30,822 nucleotides of DNA. Source: Candidatus Altimarinota bacterium. Its GTDB lineage: Bacteria; Patescibacteriota; Gracilibacteria; BD1-5; JAGOOR01. The position numbers and the translations under genes are program-made. The stretch lies in assembly GCA_043720655.1 (NCBI GenBank), contig JAYSSG010000091.1:1-30822 (forward strand). Reading direction: 5' to 3'. The notes under the pieces are model-generated. The model was not told the DNA's origin. It saw only the letters and a list, made by a program, of their open reading frames with translations, and made no database searches. Below, one piece after another: positions 22,091 to 30,822 of the stretch; the first letter of the stretch is position 1, and every line of letters begins with the position of its first letter.

Positions 22091-22300
22091 TTATTTTTTC
22101 TTTGGAGCTGCTTTCTTGGCAGTCTTTTTAGGAGCTGCTTTCTTGGCAACTACCTTCTTGACCACCTTCTTTGGAGCTGCTTTCTTTGCAACTACTTTCT
22201 TAGGAGCTGCCTTCTTAGGAGCTGCCTTTTTTGCAACTACTTTTTTGACAACTTTCTTTGGAGCCACTTTTTTAGCTGCCGCCTTCTTTGGAGCTGGCAT
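22091..22300 (-). CDS. Histone H1-like basic nucleoid protein, 69 aa
   Basis: AAPKK/VVAKK repeats, 29 Lys, no acidic residues. Has its own promoter-like site and a terminator. Confidence 0.88.
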   Translation of the reverse strand: MPAPKKAAAKKVAPKKVVKKVVAKKAAPKKAAPKKVVAKKAAPKKVVKKVVAKKAAPKKTAKKAAPKKK

Positions 22301-22463
22301 AAGAAAAGGAATTAAGAAATAAAAAACGATACAAAAATAAGTATATCTATTAATTTCCTATATCCAATTATCTATAAAGAGAAAATACCTTTCCAAAAAA
22401 CATATTTATATCACAAAGTAACACTACAGAATAGAGTAGGTATTTTTCGAGTATTTTTTATAC

Positions 22464-24464
22464 TTATTTTTCTTCTTTTTTATGAAGATATTTTTCGATA
22501 TCATTTCGTATTTCGTATATTTTTGCAAGATCAGTCATGGAGGCGAGCTTTAGGTCAGGGATACCAGATTGTCGTACCCCGTACACCTCTCCTGGTCATC
22601 GTAATTCCATGTCAATTTCTGAGATTTCAAATCCATCATTTGTTTTCTCTAATGCCTTCAGTCTTTCGGAGTTATTTTTGTCTGTTAAGAGGTAACAGTA
22701 TGATTGCCATTCGCCACGTCCAACGCGTCCTCGAAATTGATGAAGTTGTGACAGTCAAAAACGGTGCGCATCTTCGATGCAGACGACCGTCGCTTGAGGA
22801 TTATCGATGCCTACTTCTATGACAGATGTAGCTGAGAGGATATCATACTTTTTATCCAGAAAATCCTGCATAATCGTATCTTTTTCTTCTGGTTTCATTT
22901 TTCCATGGAGTATTCCTATATTTCTATGAGGAAAAATCATGGCAAGTTTTTCTGCTGTTTCATGGACTGAGACTGCATCTATTTTTTCACTTTCATTTAC
23001 GAGAGGAGATATCCAATACACCTGGAACCCCATTTCTATTTGAGAATCAATCCATTTATAGGCTTCGTGTACATGGATTTCTGTGACAATTTTTGTCATG
23101 ACTTTTTTTCGTTCTGCAGGATATTCTCGAATGATGGAAATATCTTGATTTCCATAGAGAGCCATTGAGAGAGTTCTCGGTATTGGTGTGGCTGTCATCA
23201 TCAATACATGAGGTGCTATTCATACAGTTCACGAATTTTCCTGAGAGATTTGCTTTGAGACATATTCTGTGAGCTTTTCTCGCTGTTCGACGCCAAAACG
23301 ATGCTGTTCGTCGATGACGACATAGCTGAGTTTTTGAAATTCTACATCTTCCTGAATAATTGCATGAGTACCAACGATAATATGTATATTGCCATTTTTG
23401 AGTTCAGATTTTATAGCTGTTTTATCTTTTGTCTTGAGACTTCCGATAAGGAGCTTCGATGTGATATTGTGAGGTGCTAGAAAAGTCTCTAGTTTTTTCG
23501 CGATTTGTGTTGCGAGCAATGTGGTGGGAGCCATGTAGGCAATTTGTCATCCACCTCATTTGATCCAATGAAGCATAGAGAGGAAAGCAACAATTGTTTT
23601 CCCTGTTCATACATCGCCTTGCAAAAGTCGCTGCATACAAATGTCCTTCTCCATATCTTTGAGTACTTCGAAGAGAGTAATTTTTTGGTGACTGGTCAGT
23701 CAGAAGGGGAGTTCTGAAATCGCCTGTTTCATAAAATCCACATCGAGAGCCACACTCTCTACATGACCCAGGCTGGCATCCTGTATTATTTTTTTTCTCT
23801 GAATAGCACGATATTGCAGTTCAAAGAGTTCTTCATAAGCGAGTTCATGTTTTGCAGCCTCAAAGGCTTTGAGATTTTTAGGTGCATGGAGATTTTGAAT
23901 ATTTTGAATTCTCGGCGCATGTTTTTTCTCCTCTCGTGTATCTATTGGTAGGACTTCTGGAAGGAGTGAGAGATACGGAAAAAGAAGAGGGATTTTCTCT
24001 CGAAACCACTTTGTATTGATTCCTTGTAATTCTATATAAATAGGAAGATACGCCTGTCTCTCAGAGTCAAAAGGTTCTATATCGGGCTGAACGAATGTGA
24101 GCTTTCCATATTCATATTTTGGCTTGCCATGGATGATGATAGTATCGCCGATTTGAATTGGTTTCTTGAAAAAAGGCGTATGAAAGAAAACACATTCTGT
24201 GAGCATGCCATTGGTATCTGATATGACAAATTTTGTGAGATTTTTCTGATACTTTGTTTTTTCACGGAGGATATTGACGAGCGTGACCTTGATGGTGTTT
24301 TTCTCTTGTATATTCACATAGGCGAAACTCTCGAGAACAGTACTTGTGTTTTCCAGATCTCGGGGGAAAAATAGGAGCAGGTTCTCGACAGTCTCGATAC
24401 CACCGCGATGCAAGCGCTGGATATAACTGTCTGTAGTATGAAGGAGTGATTTCGTCAATTGCAT
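22464..24464 (-). CDS. recG: ATP-dependent DNA helicase RecG, 666 aa
   Basis: LLQGDVGTGKT (second G = TGA), MAPT, DEQHRFGV, MTATPIPR, RFGLSQLHQFRGRVGRG. Confidence 0.97.
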
Positions 24465-24515
24465 ACGATTTGTGTGTGGTAGGAAAATCAATAGAATTAT
24501 AGCGTAATTTTTTCT

Positions 24516-24980
24516 ATGACAATGAAAAAGACTCTTTCTTCTCCTGAATGCGATGATGACTACTACGCTCTTGAAAAAAAGCGCATTGCTGAAGAAACGA
24601 AAAAAGCGAATAGAATTCATGAACAAGACATAGAGTCTCACCTTACTGCGGTTATTCCATACTACGAAGAGGCTGATAAGGAAGAGGCTCGACTCCTGGT
24701 GTTACTTAATAATCTTCTTGTGAATCGCTTTGCTGAAATAGGGCTTGTCTATTGGAACATATTCCGCCATGCACCGATTGAAATTCGTGATTATGCTGAT
24801 ATGTTTTGAGATGATCTCGATACTTCTTCTGTTGAGAGGATTATTGCATTTTTGGAAAACAAAAAAATTGAATCCGAGAACCTTGTTGATATCTGATTTG
24901 ATGATCAGGCTATTGGGGATGGGTTTGGTGTTATTGGAGAAGAAATTGAAGATGAATCTCAAGAAGAGGAAAGAGAATAA
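24516..24980 (+). CDS. Hypothetical acidic protein, 154 aa
   Basis: Open to TAA 24980 with 2 TGA(Gly), followed by a terminator. Confidence 0.8.
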
Positions 24981-25009
24981 AAAATACCTACAAAATGTAG
25001 GTATTTTTT
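24979..25009. terminator. Bidirectional intrinsic terminator
   Basis: AAAAAATACCTACA-AAA-TGTAGGTATTTTTT. Confidence 0.85.
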
Positions 25010-25020
25010 ATATTTTAACA

Positions 25021-25128
25021 TGGTGGTGAGTGAGGGATTCCGTCGCTTCTCCGCCAGCGACCCGGCTCTCTCATTTTCGAAGTGACGAAAGTCACTTCTC
25101 ATACTCGATTCTCACCCCTCACTCATCC
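25021..25128. repeat. tRNA-Ser-derived inverted-repeat element
   Basis: 25021-25036 is identical to the tRNA 3' end at 25187-25202. The far end (25116-25127) is a near-perfect inverted copy. Two internal hairpins. Confidence 0.8.
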
Positions 25129-25143
25129 AGATAAAATTGCCAT

Positions 25144-25175
25144 AAAAAATCCCCTCGCTTTCGGAGGAGATTTTT
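25144..25175 (-). terminator. Intrinsic terminator of tRNA-Ser
   Basis: Minus strand AAAAATCTCCTC-CGAAAGC-GAGGGGATTTTTT just after the CCA end. Confidence 0.8.
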
Positions 25176-25186
25176 GATGTCATTCA

Positions 25187-25279
25187 TGGTGGTGAGTGAG
25201 GGGTTCGAACCCTCGCGGCGACTTTCGTCACCCTACAGGATTAGCAATCCCGCCCCTTCAACCACTTGGGTAACTCACC
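25187..25279 (-). tRNA. tRNA-Ser(GCT), 93 nt, CCA encoded
   Basis: Acceptor GGTGAGT/ACTCACC, D-loop AAGTGGTTGAAG, anticodon loop TTGCTAA, long variable arm with GAAA loop, T-loop TTCGAAC. Confidence 0.96.
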
Positions 25280-25290
25280 ACGTGAAATGG

Positions 25291-25318
25291 ATTGTATGAA
25301 AACTTTTCGTATGAGCAA
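25291..25318 (-). promoter_or_regulatory. Putative tRNA promoter
   Basis: TTGCTC-16 nt-TACAAT, 11 nt upstream of the tRNA 5' end. Confidence 0.6.
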
Positions 25319-25476
25319 ATTTTTATTGTAAACAGGCGCTCTGATTCTTTCCATAAAAGGGTGGCTATTTCTTTTCAAGAAGCTTTTTCAGAAAGAAAAA
25401 CAAAATTTCTCTTATAAAAATTGACTTATTAGAAGTATCGCTATAATTCCCGCAATCTATTTACTTTCCTTTTTGT

Positions 25477-26136
25477 ATGTCTCATTTGTCTCTCGCAGCT
25501 ACTGCACGTGATCCAAAAGCTGATCTCCGTGAAGTCCGTGGAACTGCCAATCGTGGCGGATCTGTGCCAGCTGTTGTTTATGGTAAAAAACTAGCAAGTG
25601 CACCAATTCTCGTTGATACATCCGATCTTTTACGTGTTTTCCGCGCATCAGGCTTCTCTCATATTATTGATCTCGTTCTTGATGGTAAAAAACACCCAGT
25701 ACTCATCCATGATGTCCAAGTACATCCAGTGAGTGGTGATTTTGTGCATGTTGATTTCTATGCGATTGTTGCTTCTGAAAAACTCCACGTAACGGTTCCA
25801 GTGAAGCTCATTGGTAATAGTCCAGCAGCTCGAGATGGTGCTATTATTGAGCATATTCTCCAGGATATTGAAGTAAAATGTCTTCCATCAGATATTCCGA
25901 CTGACATCGAAGTTGATATTTCTGCTCTTGTGAATCCAGGTGATATCATTCATATCTCTGATTTGACTCTTGATCGTACAAAAATTGAAATCCTTCATCA
26001 TGAAGATACTGATGCTATTGTACTTGCTTCTGCATTCCAAGAGTATGTCGAGGAGGTAGCAGCAGCTGAGGTAGAGGTCCTCACTGAAAAGAAAGAATGA
26101 GAAGGTGAAGCAGCCGAAGCTCCAAAAGCTGAATAA
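25477..26136 (+). CDS. rplY: 50S ribosomal protein L25 (long CTC form), 219 aa
   Basis: VPAVVYG, DVQVHPV, HVDFY, VPVKLIG. Acidic tail continues past TGA 26098 to TAA 26136. Confidence 0.95.
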
Positions 26137-26141
26137 TTCTT

Positions 26142-26471
26142 ATGTTAATTCGAATTGTGTGACAGGGGTCTGATGCTGAATTACTTTTCTCTCGTGTACA
26201 GCACTCTCTTGAGGAACTTGGACTCCTCCCCTGATCGACACTTGAGCGACATGATACACCAGAATACCGAGAATCGCTTCATATTACAACAGAGCCTGCA
26301 TTATGTATAGAAGAATCCAGCATTGATTTCCGTGATATGATATTTGAGGGTATGGTTCCAGAGCAAGATGAATTAAATAATTTGATGATTTCTCTTTTTT
26401 GAACTGGAGAATCATGATCATCGGGTTGCGGTTCGTGTACGGGTGGTTCGTGTGGTACGTGTCCTGTTTAA
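26142..26471 (+). CDS. Small thioredoxin-fold protein with Cys-rich tail, 109 aa
   Basis: Manual translation MLIRIVGQGSDAELLFSRVQHSLEELGL...EPALCI...FEGMVPEQDEL...GCGSCTGGSCGTCPV. Four TGA(Gly); missed by the ORF track. Confidence 0.8.
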
Positions 26472-26494
26472 TTTTTATCTCTATTCTTATTTCT

Positions 26495-27124
26495 ATGAAA
26501 AAAATCATTTTTTTCTTATTTGTAGGTCTTTTCCTTACTTCATGCACTACATCGGGTGATTATACCAATCTTACTGCTTGTCTTGCTGAAAAAAAGGTAG
26601 TTATGTTTGGTGCTTCTTGGTGTCCACATTGTGCAGAACAAAAGAAAATGTTTGGACGATCTGCAAAGAATATGCCCTATTTCGAATGTGTAAAATGAAA
26701 CACACAGGTACAAGAATGCACAGAGAGAGGTATCACAAGCTATCCAACATGGCAGTTCAATGAAGAATCAATCAAAGCTCTTCCAGAGCTTGCTCAAATA
26801 GATCTCTTCAATGGTGAACTAGAAAAAGTACGGGCCTCCATCAAATCAATTCGAGAAGCTATACCATCTGACGATGCTACTTCTTTAAAGATTATCAATG
26901 ATTTTAATACAGAGACAGAAGCAATGGTGATTTCTGATCTGACTCCTTTTGATAAACTCACAAAGCTCACTTCACTTTCTATCGGTACTGATGGGAAGAG
27001 TGTCGAGAAGATTCCTGCCTACCTCACAGGGCGTGTCACTGGTACCCGCGCACTTAAAGATATTGCTCTCTATAGCGGATGTTCCGAGGCATATAAACAA
27101 GATACTCAACCTGTTACTAAATAA
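26495..27124 (+). CDS. Thioredoxin-like lipoprotein with WCPHC site, 209 aa
   Basis: Lipobox FLTSC; MFGASWCPHCAEQKKMFG, YFEC, GITSYPTW, IALYSGC. Confidence 0.88.
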
Positions 27125-27149
27125 TATTTCGAATTTTTAACTTTCTTCT

Positions 27150-28940
27150 ATGAAATACCTGACAATTGCCATCATCGCCCACGTCGATCATGGTAAAACA
27201 ACCCTCGTTGATGCTCTCCTCAAACAAGGAGGTGCCTTCCGTGACAATCAAGCCGTTGAGGTGTGTGTCATGGACAGTAATGACCAAGAAAAAGAACGAG
27301 GCATTACTATTTATGCAAAAAATACAGCGATTCAAATCGGTGATACAAAGGTAAATATCGTAGATACTCCATGACATGCTGACTTTGGTTCAGAAGTAGA
27401 GCGTGTTCTTCGAATGGCTGATTCTGTTCTCTTGCTTGTCGATGCGTATGAGGGACCTATGCCACAGACTCGATTTGTACTTCGTAAATCTCTTGAGCTT
27501 GGTCTCAGACCAATAGTGGTTATCAATAAAATTGATAAACCAACATCACGTCCTGATTATGTCCTTGATTCTGTCTTTGATCTCTTTGTACAGCTCGGTG
27601 CGACTGATGAGCAATGTGATTTTGCTCATATTTATACTATTGCTCGAGATGGTGTCGCAAAGCGCGAGATTGCTGATGAATCAAGCAACCTTCAACCTTT
27701 GTTTGATCTTATCCTCGAAACAGTACAACCACGAGAAAATGATGAAACAAAGCCATTTTGTATGCAAGTCGCAAATCTCTCCTATGACTCATTTATGGGT
27801 CGACAGGGTATTGGACGTATCGCAGATGGTGTCGTCAAAACTGGGGCTAATGTATTTATCATCGGAAATGATGGTGTCAAACGAAAAGGTAAAATCAGTA
27901 AAATAACTACTTCTCTTGGGCTTGCAAAGGCAGAAGTACCAGAAGGTATTGCGGGAGATATTGTTTCTATAGCGGGTATTCCTGATATTTATGTAGGCGA
28001 GACGATTACAATGGACGAAGCAACCGTGGCTCTTCCACCTATCCATATTGATCCTCCTACTCTGAAGATGCAATTCTTCGTCAATGACTCTCCGTTTGCG
28101 GGAAGAGAAGGCGATTATGTCACCTCTCGTCATATCCGTGATCGACTTGACCGTGAGCTCGAGATGAATGTGGGTCTTAAGGTTGAATTCAAAGATGATG
28201 GCTCATTTGTCGTGGCAGGTCGTGGAGAGCTCCATCTTGCAGTATTGATCGAAACCATGCGTCGAGAAAAATTTGAACTCCAAGTCGGTGCCCCAGAAGT
28301 TATCTTCCATGAAGAAAATGGAGTGAAAATGGAACCATTTGAGAAGTGTGTTATCAATGTACCTGATGAATCAGCAGGTTCCGTTATTGAGCAAATGGGT
28401 AAGAGAAAAGGAATTATGCAGGATATGAAGAGCGAGAGAGGTCTTACAACCCTTGAATTCTTCATTCCAACACGAGGACTTCTTGGTTTCCGACGAGAAT
28501 TTACAACCATGACCCGGGGAGAAGGTATTCTTGCGAGTGCATTTGATAAATACGCTCCATACGGGGGCGATCTCAATAAGCGAGAGGTGGGATCTATGAT
28601 CTCTGCCTGAGATGGTACTGCTATGACATTTTCACTCTTCAATCTCCAAGAACGTGGACCTATCTTCATCGAACCACAGACTGAAGTCTATGAGGGTATG
28701 ATTGTCGGAGAACATCTTAAAGGTTCTGATCTTGTCGTGAATGTGACAAAAAATAAACAACTTACGAATATGCGAGCCTCTGGTACTGATGAGGCGATGC
28801 GTCTCACGCCACCTCGTGTTATGACTCTTGAAGATGCGCTTGATTATGTAGGAGGAGATGAATATGTCGAAATCACACCAACTAAAGTCCGTCTCAGAAA
28901 GAAGCGACTCAAGGAGCATGAGAGAAAGAGAGGAGGGTAG
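27150..28940 (+). CDS. typA: Translational GTPase TypA/BipA, 596 aa
   Basis: [26 protein letters not shown] (first G = TGA), NKID, GRGELHL, EITP. Confidence 0.98.
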
Positions 28941-28970
28941 AAAATAAATAAAAATTCTTATAATCCTCCT

Positions 28971-29519
28971 ATGATTGACTATATACTTCATATTAATGGT
29001 CGTGGGGGGAGTGGGAAAAGCACTCTCTTAAATGCCCTTAATCAACGATTAGGGCTTGAAAAAACTGCCAACTATACTACTCGACAGCCTCGATATCCTG
29101 GTGAACAAGGGTATTTTTTTGTGACTGAGGAAGCGTTTCAAGAAAAATTTAAACACAATGAAATTATTGAGTCTTACTTCCGTAAATCAAATAGATCTTT
29201 TTATGGCATTCCGGCCCCGACTCAAACAGGTATCATTCAATCCGAAATTATGGGGCTGGTAGCTCTTCGAAAATGGTGTTTCCAAAACAATGTGTCGTTT
29301 TTAAGTATTTATCTCGAAGTCGATACTGATACACTGCTGACACGCCTCAAAAAACGTTCTGATGTGAACGAAATAGCAGAAGAACGACTCAAAGAAGATG
29401 AATACTACGAGCTTTTCAAGGAATGTTCTGACATTATGTACGATTACAATGATGTTACTGTTGATGAAGCAGTAGAGAGTGTGATAGAAATGATGACCAA
29501 TGCCGGACTTTCTTCTTAA
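28971..29519 (+). CDS. gmk: Guanylate kinase-like protein, 182 aa
   Basis: GRGGSGKSTL, YTTRQPR, YFFV, YGIP. Confidence 0.8.
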   Translation: MIDYILHINGRGGSGKSTLLNALNQRLGLEKTANYTTRQPRYPGEQGYFFVTEEAFQEKFKHNEIIESYFRKSNRSFYGIPAPTQTGIIQSEIMGLVALRKWCFQNNVSFLSIYLEVDTDTLLTRLKKRSDVNEIAEERLKEDEYYELFKECSDIMYDYNDVTVDEAVESVIEMMTNAGLSS

Positions 29520-30446
29520 TTATTTCGTAGGGTATTCAAGCTCAAACTCACTCTCTGCATCTCTTTGAAATTCAAAAAGAGAAGGGGAGTATGTTGTCAC
29601 ATTGATGCGATTATTTTTTGGTGAAAACGTGAGAATACGGAGCCATCCATTTCCTCCATTACTTTCTTCTTGGAAATCAGCTAGCATCTGATAGACATCA
29701 TTGTCTGCCAGATTTTTGTCTATTCTGCGACTTTCTGAATGGACATGACCAGACACGACAAGTTGGAGATTTTTATGGAGTTTCACAAAGTCATCCCAAA
29801 TATAGTTTGTGTCTGTGCAAACATGTGGATTTCTCCCAGCATCTTTGTCGAGAAAGGCGTGTGTTGAGAGTAGGGCTCTATGGTCAGGATATTTCTCTAA
29901 AATCTCATTTCACCATTTGATTTCTTCTTTTGTTGGACAAAAATCGAGGCTTATAAAAATATATTTTTCTCAAGCAAGTGTCAGTAAAATGTATTTATTG
30001 TCAGTATCTTTACCCATTTGTCCGCCCCACCAGCTCTGTGTACTATAACGTGAAATAGGGAAGTACTTATCATAGAGCGTAGAAGGGTGGTCATGATTTC
30101 CGAGAGCGAGTAATACGGGCATATTTTCTGTGTCCAGTTTTTTTATGCCTGCATCAAAAGTTTTCCACTGCCTTTCATCGGTTGCTACCTGCACTTGATC
30201 TCCGACATGTACTACTGTTTTTATATTCAGTTTTTGTGTGTTTTGGACAATCCAGTCTATCTGACTCATAAATACTTTTGGGAAATCTTGTACTTCAAGC
30301 TGTGTATCAGGAAGAACTATAATGGAGAAATCTTCTCCTGTTACTGCAGGAACATCTTCACGGTACTGAGTAGTAATTGGGATGGATTGAGAGACACAGC
30401 TAGTGAGAAGAAAACTAGAAACGAGAAAGAGAAGTATTTTTTTCAT
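29520..30446 (-). CDS. Calcineurin-like metallophosphoesterase lipoprotein, 308 aa
   Basis: Lipobox LLTSC; LPDTQ, HVGD, GNHD, TH, GHVH metal motifs. One frame across TGA. Confidence 0.9.
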
Positions 30447-30497
30447 AAAAAAAGATATTATAGAAAGTATAGTGATCTCTGTTTTATTAGCAAAATA

Positions 30498-30822
30498 TTA
30501 TTTCTTGACGACGATTCCGTATAAAAACCCCGCAATAGCTCCTGAGAGATGTCAGAGAAGACTGATATTTCCATAGAATCCTAATCCTATATTGAGAGCA
30601 ATCAACATCAGTCCTCATTTGTATTCGGGATTTCATCTTCGATAGAAATCAAGTGTATATATTGATAGCAGTGCCATCGCAAAACCACTTCATCCTATTG
30701 TAGGTCATGTTGAAAAAAACATCAATACCCCTCAAACAAATAATGTTGTCCATATCCAGAGTCACCATGTATATTTCATACCGTGAGTGATTTCTACGAT
30801 TCGTCCAATAAATAAGAAAAAA
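30498..30822 (-). CDS. Rhomboid intramembrane serine protease (C-terminal part; start lies outside the window)
   Basis: With TGA=Gly: TIGGSG (GxSG) and ISLLGHLSGAIAG. Seven TGA in 108 codons; not in the ORF track. Confidence 0.9.

Noticed and set aside
22382-22447. Short inverted repeat AAAATACCT/AGGTATTTT downstream of recG
   Set aside because: Only 9-10 bp, AT-rich and about 47 nt apart; plausible by chance.
25021-25128. Second functional tRNA or tmRNA
   Set aside because: No D-arm, anticodon arm or intact T-loop; far too short for tmRNA and no tag frame. Kept as a tRNA-derived element.
24516-25202. Prophage or genomic island integrated at tRNA-Ser
   Set aside because: Only 166 bp separate the direct repeats; no integrase or phage gene is present in the window.
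1-30822. Widespread pseudogenisation or sequencing errors suggested by fragmented ORFs
   Set aside because: Fragments are in frame and always split by TGA at Gly positions; no frameshift or internal TAA/TAG was found in the regions I translated by hand.
30498-30822. Rhomboid shedding the TSP1 adhesin, by analogy with apicomplexan TRAP proteins
   Set aside because: The adhesin has no transmembrane anchor for a rhomboid to cut, the genes are 22 kb apart, and rhomboids are widespread.

Overview
AT-rich bacterial chromosomal DNA in which TGA encodes glycine (translation table 25), which points to a Patescibacteria/CPR lineage (Gracilibacteria or Absconditabacteria/SR1). The supplied ORF track uses the standard code, so it fragments most genes and misses several (tsf, def, the 26142-26471 thioredoxin-fold gene, rhomboid). 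Re-read by hand with TGA=Gly, the window is densely coding with about 31 intact CDS ending in TAA/TAG and one tRNA-Ser(GCT). Housekeeping genes: tsf, rpsB, aspS, RlmL-like methyltransferase, def, recR, ftsL-like, rsmH, tsaE, recG, rplY, typA, gmk. Accessory content: five co-oriented orphan genes; a 1210-aa secreted protein with SLH-like anchors, three Ig-like repeats, four Cys-rich repeats and six thrombospondin type-1 (ADAMTS-like) repeats; an MgtC/DUF4010 protein; a VirB6/TrbL-like membrane protein; a CsaB-like pyruvyl transferase; an EVE protein; a histone H1-like protein; two unusual thioredoxin-fold proteins; a phosphoesterase lipoprotein; a rhomboid. The most notable items are the eukaryote-like TSP1/Cys-rich surface adhesin with its probable anchoring (CsaB) and disulfide-forming (CPHC lipoprotein) partners, and a ~110-nt tRNA-derived inverted-repeat element next to tRNA-Ser. 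No CRISPR array, rRNA, transposase or integrase is visible. All family calls come from motif recognition, not database searches.
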